This document shows, in pieces, positions 8,932 to 17,228 of a DNA stretch of 64,000 nt. The DNA comes from an uncultured Actinomycetes bacterium (lineage in GTDB: Bacteria > Actinomycetota > UBA4738 > HRBIN12): NCBI GenBank assembly GCA_963704725.1, contig OY969934.1:480001-544000 (forward strand), given 5' to 3'. The notes under the pieces are model-generated. The model saw only the letters and a program-made list of their open reading frames with translations. It did no database searches and was not told the DNA's origin. Every line of letters starts with the position of its first letter. Position 1 is the first letter of the stretch. The position numbers and the translations under genes are program-made.

Positions 8932-9677
8932 GGCCGGTCCGGACGAGAGACGGAGGCGATCCCGCCGGCGTTCACGATGACCTCGCGGCCGATCGGGTAG
9001 ATCGTCCCGGTCACCTCCACCCACTCGTTGTCCTCGAACGCTCCCGGCGTGACGTTGACCACGCGGACCTGGGCGATCGTCGCGTCGGCCACGCAGCACG
9101 TCACGACGTACCGGGTGAGGAAGAACTCGTCCGCGGGCGTGTCGGCGTAGCGCGTGACGAACCCGACGAAGTCCACGGACTCGCCGGCGCGCTTGGCCAG
9201 GGCGCGCTCGCCGTCCGGCGACGTCTGCCCTGCGGCGACGTCCACGAGCGTGAGCTCGCCGCTCGCGATGTCCCCCGCCGAGGACGCGATCCCGGAGCCG
9301 GTGAACCCTGACCGCTTGTTGGCGGAGAACGAGCCCAGCGTGGCCGGCGGCAGCACCATGACCAGGAGGACGGGCACGACCATCGCTCCCATGATCAACA
9401 GCTCGTGCCGACGGATCGGCTCGGGCCGCCGGGCCCGGGCGGAGGCCAGCCGGCCGAGCGCGGCGGCCGACAGGATCACGGCCGCCACGGGCACCACCCA
9501 CTCCGTGCGGGTCGAGAGGTAGAACGCTCGGCGTCCCGAGAGCAGGAGGAACCAGAAGAGCGTCGCCCACGCGCCGAGGACGACGGCGCCCGCCACCCGA
9601 GCCGGGCTCCACACGCGGGGGAGCGCGGTCTCGGTGATGGGCCGGGGTGCGTCCCGGGCGACGACGGCGTCGGTCAT
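8916..9677 (-). CDS. TIGR03943/DUF1980 family putative permease subunit (YcgQ-like)
   Basis: Three N-terminal TMs; FVGFV, LTRYVVTCCVADA, WVEVTG, C-terminal PDRPYL. Confidence 0.85.
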   Translation of the reverse strand: MTDAVVARDAPRPITETALPRVWSPARVAGAVVLGAWATLFWFLLLSGRRAFYLSTRTEWVVPVAAVILSAAALGRLASARARRPEPIRRHELLIMGAMVVPVLLVMVLPPATLGSFSANKRSGFTGSGIASSAGDIASGELTLVDVAAGQTSPDGERALAKRAGESVDFVGFVTRYADTPADEFFLTRYVVTCCVADATIAQVRVVNVTPGAFEDNEWVEVTGTIYPIGREVIVNAGGIASVSRPDRPYLTA

Positions 9678-10678
9678 CCGAACAGCACCCCGATCCACAG
9701 CGTGCCGACGAGCGTGGTCGCGGTCACCCCGATGAGGACCGCGCGCACGAACCCACGGCGGAACGTCCCGCCGTACAGCGCCACCAGCTTCAGGTCGACC
9801 ATCGGTCCGAACACGAGGAACGCCAGCTGCGCGGCGGGGCCGAACTGCACGAACGACGCCGCAACGAACGCGTCCGACTCGGAGCACAGGGACAGCACGC
9901 CGGCGAGGGCCATCATCACGAGCAGCGACACGACCGGCACGCCGGCCACGCCGGTCAGGAGCGACGTCGGCAGGAACGTCTGGATCGCCGCGGCGACGGT
10001 CGCGCCGAGGATCAGGTAGCGGCCCATGAACAGGAAGTCGTTGCCGAGGTGGACGAAGAACCGCCGCCACCGGGCCTCGGGCCGGCCGAGCTCGGTCAGG
10101 TGCTCGTGTGCCTCCTCCGGGTTCGGCTTGAGGAGCTCGTCCTTCGTCCGGGTGCCCACCAGCCAGCCGACCGCGACCGCCACGAGGAACCCGAGCACGA
10201 AGCGTCCCCCGATCATCGTCCACTCGGTCGACCGCCCTCGGTACGCGAAGAACGTGGACGCCACGACGACCGGATTGAGCACCGGCGCGGCGAGCATGAA
10301 CGTCACCGCAGCCGACGGCATGAGCCCGCGCTGCGCCAGCCTCCGAGCCACCGGCACCGAGCCGCACTCGCAGATCGGGAAGGCCAGACCGGCCAGGGCG
10401 GCCGCCGGGAGCTGCAACGGACGGGGGAGCCGGCCGAGCCTCTCGAGCGTGCCGATCGGCACGAAGATCTCGACGAGCGATGCGGCCAGGGCGCCGAGCA
10501 TCACGAACGGCAGCGCCTGGATCAGCAGCGAGCCGAAGATGACGAGGTACGTTCGGACCCACTCGACCCGCTGCGGGTCGAGCAGCCGCAGGGCGACGGC
10601 GCCGAGGACGAGGAGCCCGGCGGCGAGCACGGCGCCGCGCGTCGAGACCGTTCGGGATCTGGGGGCGGCGACGGCCAT
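9674..10678 (-). CDS. DUF318 family permease (YcgR/ArsP-like)
   Basis: QALPFVMLG, FPICECGSVPVARRL, FMLAAPVLNP, SLCSESDAFVA, FGPMVDLK. Confidence 0.9.
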   Translation of the reverse strand: MAVAAPRSRTVSTRGAVLAAGLLVLGAVALRLLDPQRVEWVRTYLVIFGSLLIQALPFVMLGALAASLVEIFVPIGTLERLGRLPRPLQLPAAALAGLAFPICECGSVPVARRLAQRGLMPSAAVTFMLAAPVLNPVVVASTFFAYRGRSTEWTMIGGRFVLGFLVAVAVGWLVGTRTKDELLKPNPEEAHEHLTELGRPEARWRRFFVHLGNDFLFMGRYLILGATVAAAIQTFLPTSLLTGVAGVPVVSLLVMMALAGVLSLCSESDAFVAASFVQFGPAAQLAFLVFGPMVDLKLVALYGGTFRRGFVRAVLIGVTATTLVGTLWIGVLFG

Positions 10679-12006
10679 CAGCAGTACCTCGCGAACGAGA
10701 CGGCGAAGCCCTGGAACGCGTCCGCCATCATCTCCCGCCCGTCCTCGTCCGTCACGCCGAGCAGCGCGTCCACGGCGACCTGACCGGTGATCGCCGCCTC
10801 GGTCAGGACCCGCTGGTCGAGGAAGAGCCCTCCTGGCACCGTCGCCGCGACGGCGGGAGCGACGCCGGGCACGGCGTCCTCGGCCGCGGCGATCAGGCCC
10901 GTGTCCGGGACGGCGTCCGCGCGGCGTTCGGACGTTCCCGTTCCCGCCACCGCGACGAGCACGGAGCCGCCGATCGCCGCGCGGGCGGCGTCCACGATCC
11001 GCTCGGTCCGGCGGTCGAGCGCTCGCACGTCGCCGTCGAGCACCACGCCGAGGACGTCCGGGATCTCGTCGCCGATCCCCGGCGCCTCGAGCAGCGAGCG
11101 CGCCGCGCCGACGGCCCGCTCTCCGCGGGCCACGACGACGCGGTCGGTGTCGTGCTGCGCGTACCACGCACCGCCGATCAGGCCGCGGTCGAGGTCATCG
11201 GTGGCGACGAGCGAGACGATCGAGCGCTGACCGGTGGCGTCATCGAGGTCCTCGGCGAGCGTGGCGATCACGGGAACCGGCGCTCCCTCGCCGAACGCCG
11301 GAACCACCTGACCCGCGTCGTTGCGGACGAACGAGCCGGTCACCCCGTGTTGGTGCGGCAACCCGCCGGTGCCGATCGTCGCGAGCGTGGCCGTCGGGTC
11401 GAGGGGGAGCGACCCCGTCTCGCCCCTCAGCGTGCCGGCCCCGTCGCGGAGCAGCGATCGAAGGAACGGCCAGTCCTTCGGCGCGCCCTCGAGATCGATG
11501 GTGCCGACGCCCTTCCACGCCACGAGGAGGACGAGGCCCGGGGCTTCACCACTCGCGACGCCGTCGATCGCCGTGCCGGAACGCACGTCGGGGAAGGGGC
11601 GCTCGAAGCCGATCGCGTCGCTCGCGGTCGGGGCGATCCGGTCGAGGGTGACGCCACCCGGGACCGGTGCACCGGCCGCGACGCCCGCGCCGGCGAACAC
11701 GATCGGGACGCGAGTGTCCGCTGAGCCCCGAACGGCCGGCCACGGCGCCGGCAGGCCGGTCCCACCGGTCGCCGAGAACACCGGCACTCGGTTCGACACC
11801 GCGAGGACGTCGGGTGACCGGCCCTCGCGGAAGCCGGCGGCGATCTCCCGCTTCAGGGCTTCGGGCAGGGGACAGAAGGGCGTCCGGGCGACGCCCTCGG
11901 AGCCCGAGTCGCAGGATCTCCCGGCGCAGACGGCGTGCAGGACCCCGGCGGGGATGCCGACGACGGCGAGCACGAGCAGGAGGATGAGCAGGCGACGACC
12001 GGACAC
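10678..12006 (-). CDS. Exported/membrane-anchored, catalytically degenerate paralog of the permuted alkaline-phosphatase-family proteins
   Basis: Same motif order as its neighbours (RSPDV..VPIVFAGAGV..TLDRIAPT..LVLLVAW..WPFLRSL..ATIGTG..HGVTG), but the metal ligands and nucleophile are replaced. Confidence 0.75.
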   Translation of the reverse strand: MSGRRLLILLLVLAVVGIPAGVLHAVCAGRSCDSGSEGVARTPFCPLPEALKREIAAGFREGRSPDVLAVSNRVPVFSATGGTGLPAPWPAVRGSADTRVPIVFAGAGVAAGAPVPGGVTLDRIAPTASDAIGFERPFPDVRSGTAIDGVASGEAPGLVLLVAWKGVGTIDLEGAPKDWPFLRSLLRDGAGTLRGETGSLPLDPTATLATIGTGGLPHQHGVTGSFVRNDAGQVVPAFGEGAPVPVIATLAEDLDDATGQRSIVSLVATDDLDRGLIGGAWYAQHDTDRVVVARGERAVGAARSLLEAPGIGDEIPDVLGVVLDGDVRALDRRTERIVDAARAAIGGSVLVAVAGTGTSERRADAVPDTGLIAAAEDAVPGVAPAVAATVPGGLFLDQRVLTEAAITGQVAVDALLGVTDEDGREMMADAFQGFAVSFARYC

Positions 12007-12065
12007 GGATCTCCACGGTAACGCCGGGTCGCTGGGTTGTCGTTCTCGGTTCCGTGGTGTTTCGT

Positions 12066-13814
12066 ATGCCGCTCGTGACCCTCTCGCGGCGTGGTGTCGG
12101 ACTGCTCGCCGCCTTGGTCGTGGTCGCCGCCGCGTGCACGGGAGACGACGGCGGCTCGGCGGCGCCCGAACGATCGGCCCGGCCGTCCGCTCCGCCGGCC
12201 TCCGCGCCGTCCTCTCCGTCGGGCTCGGCCTCGGGGCAGAGCCCCGGAGCGACGCCGGCCGTCGCCACCGGCGACCTCGTCGACGTGGCGTGCTCGTTGC
12301 CGCACGAATGGCTCCTGCGGACCTGGAGGGGCGATCGCGCCGACCGCAGCGCCGAGCTGCAGTTCCTCCCCGACGAGCCGAACTTCGTCGGGTCGGGCCT
12401 CCCTCACGTGGGGCCGTGGCCGTACGCGCAGGACGTTCCGATGTTCTGGTACGGCCCGGGGCACATCGCCCCGGCCGGCGTCGTCGACCGTCCGGTCACC
12501 CTCGCGGGGATCGCCCCCACGGAGGCCGAGCTGCTCGGCTTCCCGTTCCGAACGCCCGACGGGACGCCGATGAGCGAGGCGCTCGCCGGCAACCCGGCGC
12601 CGCCGAAGCTGATCGTGACGATGGTGTGGGACGCCGGCGGCCGCAACGTGCTCGCGCGGTGGCCGAAAGAGTGGCCGTTCCTGAAGTCGCTGATCTCGGA
12701 GGGCGCCTGGTACGAGCACGCCACCGTCGGGACGTCGCCGACGAGCACGGCGCAGACGCACGCCACGATCGGGACCGGGCTGTTCCCCGACCATCACGGC
12801 ATCGTGGGGCACCGCCTGCGCATCGGCGGCCAGATCACGACGCCGTGGCAGCGCGGGCCGACCTACCTGATCGCGCCGACGCTCGCGGACCTGTACGACG
12901 AGGCCATGGGGAACGAACCGGTCGTCGGCGAGCTCGGAACCGTGAGCATCCACCTCGGCATGCTGGGGCACGGCTCGATGTGGGGAGGCGGGGACCAGGA
13001 CATCGCCGCGGTGCGCGAGGTGGTCGGCGCCGACACCCTCGGAGCCGAGGGGTTCGAGTGGAACCTCACGCCGAGCCTGCAGCCGTACTACCGGTTCCCC
13101 GACTACCTCAACGACGTCCCGGGGTTCGACCAGGACGTGCGCGACGTCGACGCCGCCGACGGGCGGATCGACGGCAGGTGGCGGACGAACGACATCGCGC
13201 AGCTGCTGTCGGGGTTCGACACGCCGGCGCGCATCCCGTACCAGACGCGGGCCCTCGAGGAGCTGATCACACGCGAAGGGTTCGGGCAGGACGACGTCCC
13301 GGACCTCCTGTTCGTGAACTACAAGATGATCGACTACATCAGCCATGTGTGGACGGTGAACAGCCCCGAGATGAAGGACGCCGTCGCGGACCAGGACCTG
13401 GCCCTGCAGGAGCTCGTGGGGTTCCTCAACCAGACCGTCGGCGAGGGTCAGTGGGCGCTCGTCCTCACGGCCGACCACGGCTCGATCCCCGACCCCGAGG
13501 TGAGCGGGGCGTTCCAGATCTCGGCCACCCCGATCGCGAACGGCATCAACGCGACGTTCGACACGGACGGCGATGACACGCGCATCGTGCAGGTCATCCA
13601 GCCGACGCAGATCTTCGTGAACACCGACGAGCTCGAGCAGAACGGGCACACGCTCGAGGAGCTGAGCTCCTGGATCATGGGCCTCACGAAGGCCGACACG
13701 GCCCAGCCCGGCGTCGTCGTCCCGCCCGACGAGGCCGGCGACCGGGTGTTCCAGGCTGCGTTCCCCTCCTCCCTGCTCGACGAGCTGCCGTGCCTGCCCG
13801 AGGCCCATCGGTGA
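12066..13814 (+). CDS. Alkaline phosphatase/NPP-superfamily lipoprotein (PafA-like, circularly permuted), copy 1
   Basis: Lipobox AAAC; PKLIVTMVWD, PTSTAQTHATIGTG, DLLFVNYKMIDYISH, LTADHG, N-terminally relocated PHVGPWPYAQDVPMFWYGPG..TLAGIAPT. Confidence 0.88.
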   Translation: MPLVTLSRRGVGLLAALVVVAAACTGDDGGSAAPERSARPSAPPASAPSSPSGSASGQSPGATPAVATGDLVDVACSLPHEWLLRTWRGDRADRSAELQFLPDEPNFVGSGLPHVGPWPYAQDVPMFWYGPGHIAPAGVVDRPVTLAGIAPTEAELLGFPFRTPDGTPMSEALAGNPAPPKLIVTMVWDAGGRNVLARWPKEWPFLKSLISEGAWYEHATVGTSPTSTAQTHATIGTGLFPDHHGIVGHRLRIGGQITTPWQRGPTYLIAPTLADLYDEAMGNEPVVGELGTVSIHLGMLGHGSMWGGGDQDIAAVREVVGADTLGAEGFEWNLTPSLQPYYRFPDYLNDVPGFDQDVRDVDAADGRIDGRWRTNDIAQLLSGFDTPARIPYQTRALEELITREGFGQDDVPDLLFVNYKMIDYISHVWTVNSPEMKDAVADQDLALQELVGFLNQTVGEGQWALVLTADHGSIPDPEVSGAFQISATPIANGINATFDTDGDDTRIVQVIQPTQIFVNTDELEQNGHTLEELSSWIMGLTKADTAQPGVVVPPDEAGDRVFQAAFPSSLLDELPCLPEAHR

Positions 13815-15520
13815 GGCCGCGGGGCCCCGCGCTCCTGCTGGCCGCGGCCCTCGTCGCGGCGGCCTGCACGTCGGGGGGCGATCGAGGCGCCGACGACGGC
13901 TCGAGCCCCACCTCCGCCCTTCCCGCCTCGGCGAGCCCGGTCCGGCCCTCCTCCACCACCCCCGCGGAGCCCGAGCCCGGCGCGCTCGAGCAGGCGGCGT
14001 GCGCGATGCCGCACCGCGAGCTCGTTCGCATCTGGCGCGGGACCGATCCGCAGCGCTCCGGCCAGATCGTGGTCGTGCCGCAGGAGCCGAACTTCCTCGG
14101 CTCGAACTTCCCGCACTCGGGCCCCTGGGACTACCTGCAGGACGTTCCGTTGCTCTGGTACGGGCCGGGCATCGTCCCGGCGCTCGGGTCCGTCGACCGG
14201 CCCGTGACGCTCGCCTCGGTCGCGCCGACCGAGGCCAAGCTGCTCGGCTTCGACTTCTCGGCCCCGGACGGCCACGCCCTTCCCGAGATCCCCGCCCCCG
14301 CGACGGCGCCGCCGCTGATCGTGACGTTCGTGTGGGACGCCGGCGGACGCAGCGTCCTCGACTCCTTTCCGCAGGACTGGCCGGTCCTGCGCTCGCTGAT
14401 CGACGGCGGGGTCTGGTACGAGCACGCCAGCGTGGGCTCGAGCCCCTCGATCACGCCGGCCACGCATGCGACGATCGGCACCGGCGCCTACCCCATGCAC
14501 ACCGGGCAGACGGACGCCGAGTTCCGCATCGGCCCGGACCTCGTGCGGGCCGGCCAGCTCGGCCCGGTGCTGTTGATGGAGCCCACGCTGGGGGATCTGT
14601 ACGACCGTGCGATGGGCAACGCGCCGCTCGTGGGGGATCTGGCCAGCGTGACCTGGCACCTCAACATGGCCAGCCACGGCTCGCTGTGGGGCGGCGGAGA
14701 CCGGGACATCGCGGTGCTCCGCACGCCCAGCATCTCCGGCGGGAACGAGGGCGCCGAGGGCAACCAGTGGAACCTCCAGGGCAAGAACCGGCCCTACTAC
14801 GAGTTCCCCGAGTACGTGAACGACCTGCCGCCGCTGTCGGCATACACGGACGCCGTCGACCGGGCCGACGGTGCGATCGACGGCATGTGGCGCGACAACT
14901 CGATCCAGCAGTACGAGGACGGGTGGGCCACGCCCGCCCGGATCCCGTACCAGGAGCGGATGATCGAGGAGGTCGTGGCGCGCGAGGGCTTCGGCGACGA
15001 CGACGTGCCCGACCTCCTGTTCATCAACTCGAAGGCGATCGACCACGCGAGCCACATCTGGAGCGTGAACAGCCCCGAGATGCAGGACATGCTGTCGTGG
15101 CAGGACGAGGCGCTCGGGCAGTTCATCCGGTTCCTCGACGACGAGGTGGGAGCGGGACGGTGGGTCCTGCTCCTCACGGCCGACCACGGCGCGCAGTTCG
15201 ACCCGCAGGTCTCGGGCGCGTTCCAGGTCACCCCGACGCACCTCGAGCAGGACCTGAACGAGGCCTTCCCGTCGTCGACGGACCAGTCGGTGTTCCAAGC
15301 CGTGCGCACGAGCCAGATCTACGTGAACGAGACGACGATGGAGGCGAGCGGGTACACGTTCGAGGAGATCTCGCGGTTCGTCCTGGACTACACGAAGGCC
15401 CAGGGCGCGACCGACCCCGCCACGGTCCCCGCCGACCAGCGCGACGACCGGGTCTTCTCCGCGGCGTTCCCCATCGACCTGCTTCCCACGCTGACCTGCC
15501 TGCCCGAGGCTCGGGAGTGA
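13811..15520 (+). CDS. Alkaline phosphatase/NPP-superfamily lipoprotein (PafA-like, circularly permuted), copy 2
   Basis: GTGA overlap with copy 1; lipobox AAAC; RSGQI..PHSGPWDYLQDVPLLWYG, IVTFVWD, PSITPATHATIGTG, AIDHASH, TADHG. Confidence 0.88.
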   Translation: MRPRGPALLLAAALVAAACTSGGDRGADDGSSPTSALPASASPVRPSSTTPAEPEPGALEQAACAMPHRELVRIWRGTDPQRSGQIVVVPQEPNFLGSNFPHSGPWDYLQDVPLLWYGPGIVPALGSVDRPVTLASVAPTEAKLLGFDFSAPDGHALPEIPAPATAPPLIVTFVWDAGGRSVLDSFPQDWPVLRSLIDGGVWYEHASVGSSPSITPATHATIGTGAYPMHTGQTDAEFRIGPDLVRAGQLGPVLLMEPTLGDLYDRAMGNAPLVGDLASVTWHLNMASHGSLWGGGDRDIAVLRTPSISGGNEGAEGNQWNLQGKNRPYYEFPEYVNDLPPLSAYTDAVDRADGAIDGMWRDNSIQQYEDGWATPARIPYQERMIEEVVAREGFGDDDVPDLLFINSKAIDHASHIWSVNSPEMQDMLSWQDEALGQFIRFLDDEVGAGRWVLLLTADHGAQFDPQVSGAFQVTPTHLEQDLNEAFPSSTDQSVFQAVRTSQIYVNETTMEASGYTFEEISRFVLDYTKAQGATDPATVPADQRDDRVFSAAFPIDLLPTLTCLPEARE

Positions 15521-17211
15521 GGCGTCGCCGTTCCGCGGCGGCGCTGCTCGCGGTGGCCGTCGTCGCCGCGGCGTGCACCGGCGACTCGCCGGGTCCCGGC
15601 CCGTCGCGGACGCCCGGCGCGCCGACGAGCCCTCCGCCCCCGACCAGCGACCGGGAGCTGGCGCGGACCGCGTGCCGCAACGTCGACCACGACGTCCTCC
15701 TGCGGACCTGGCACGGCGTCAGCCTGGACCGCAGCGGCGACGTCCAGATCATCCCCGTGGAGCCGAACTTCGTGAACGGCGGGCTGACCCACGCCACGCC
15801 GTTCGACTACACGCAGGACGTCCCGCTCTTCCTGTACGGGCCCGGCTACGTGAGGTCCGGCGTCTACGACGAGCCGATCACGCTGGCCGACCTCGCGCCG
15901 ACGACGGCTGCGCTGCTGAAGTACCGGTTCGACGCGCCGGACGGGAGCCCCCAAACCCAGGCGCTCCTCCCGGCGGCCGACCGCCCGCTCCCCGCGCTCG
16001 TCGTGACGGTCATCTGGGATTCGGGCGGAGACGATGTTCTTGATCGATGGCCCCACAGCTGGCCCTACCTTCGCTCGCTCCGCCAGCGGGGAGCGTGGTT
16101 CACCAACGTCACCGTGGGCTCGTCCCCGTCGAACACGCCGACCGGCCACGCGACGATCGGCACGGGGGCGTTCCCGATGCGCAACGGGTTCGTCGACGAG
16201 TACCTGCGGGTGAACGGCCGCATCCAGAAGCCGAACGCGAACGGTCCGGCGTTCCTGAACGTCCCCACTCTGGCCGACCTCTACGACGCGGCGAGGGACA
16301 ACGCGCCGAAGGTCGGGGCCATCGCGACGCTCGCGGCCCACATCATGATGATGGGCCACGGCTCGGAGTGGGGCGACGGCGACCGGGACCTCGCCGTGAC
16401 GCGGGAGAAGGAGTTCGCGGCCACGGCCGGCGCCGAGAGCCTGACCTGGAACCTGACGAGCGCGATGGCACCCTTCTACGACCTGCCCGGCTACGTGAAC
16501 GACCTCCCTCCGCTCTCCGACTACGTCGACGCGATCGATCGCCTGGACGGCCGGCTCGACGGCAAGTGGCGCACGAACGACATCGCCCAGCTCTCCAACG
16601 GGTTCGACACCCCGGCACGCACGCCGTTCCAGGAGACGCTGATCGAGGCCGTGATCCAGCGCGAGGGGTTCGGCGCCGACGACGTTCCCGACCTGCTGTA
16701 CCTCAACTACAAGGCCATCGACACGATCGGTCACCTGTTCAGCGCGGACGGGGTCGAGATGTCGGACGCGGTGAAGGTGCAGGACGAGACGCTGCGCCGG
16801 CTGATCGACTTCCTCGATCAGACCGTCGGCCGGGACCGATGGGTCATGGTGCTCACCGCCGACCACGGGACCCAGCGCGACCCCACCGCCTCCGGCGCGT
16901 TCATGATCGACATCCACAAGCTGGAGGACGGCCTCAACCGCACGTTCGACGGCGATGGCGACGGGGTCCCGGCGATCCAGAAGGTCCGCCCCACCGAGGT
17001 CTGGATCGACACCGACGAGCTCGCCGAGAACGGGTTCACCCTCGAGCAGGTCTCGCGCTGGTTCCTCGGCCTCACGCAGCAGGAGACCTACAAGAACCAG
17101 CACGTCCCGGCGGCCGGGCACGAGGACGATCCGGTCTTCGCCGCCGCGTTCCCGTCGTCTATCCTGACGGCGCTCCCGTGCCTTCCCGAGGCCCGCGGGA
17201 GCTCGTCGTAG
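15517..17211 (+). CDS. Alkaline phosphatase/NPP-superfamily lipoprotein (PafA-like, circularly permuted), copy 3
   Basis: GTGA overlap with copy 2; lipobox AAAC; RSGDVQII..THATPFDYTQDVPLFLYG..TLADLAPT, VVTVIWD, PSNTPTGHATIGTG, AIDTIGH, TADHG. Confidence 0.88.
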   Translation: MRRRRSAAALLAVAVVAAACTGDSPGPGPSRTPGAPTSPPPPTSDRELARTACRNVDHDVLLRTWHGVSLDRSGDVQIIPVEPNFVNGGLTHATPFDYTQDVPLFLYGPGYVRSGVYDEPITLADLAPTTAALLKYRFDAPDGSPQTQALLPAADRPLPALVVTVIWDSGGDDVLDRWPHSWPYLRSLRQRGAWFTNVTVGSSPSNTPTGHATIGTGAFPMRNGFVDEYLRVNGRIQKPNANGPAFLNVPTLADLYDAARDNAPKVGAIATLAAHIMMMGHGSEWGDGDRDLAVTREKEFAATAGAESLTWNLTSAMAPFYDLPGYVNDLPPLSDYVDAIDRLDGRLDGKWRTNDIAQLSNGFDTPARTPFQETLIEAVIQREGFGADDVPDLLYLNYKAIDTIGHLFSADGVEMSDAVKVQDETLRRLIDFLDQTVGRDRWVMVLTADHGTQRDPTASGAFMIDIHKLEDGLNRTFDGDGDGVPAIQKVRPTEVWIDTDELAENGFTLEQVSRWFLGLTQQETYKNQHVPAAGHEDDPVFAAAFPSSILTALPCLPEARGSSS

Positions 17212-17228
17212 CGGGAGCAGGGGATCGT

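Noticed and set aside
12066-17211. Repeated nucleotide blocks (e.g. acgaacgacatcgc..ttcgacac, gccgaccacgg) as a repeat array or assembly duplication
   Set aside because: They are conserved coding motifs of three clearly diverged paralogs, not identical repeats or CRISPR
13999-17228. Apparent 1070-aa and 1520-aa giant ORFs
   Set aside because: The upstream parts are Arg/Gly/Pro-rich off-frame readings of the AP genes; the real starts are 15517 and 17229
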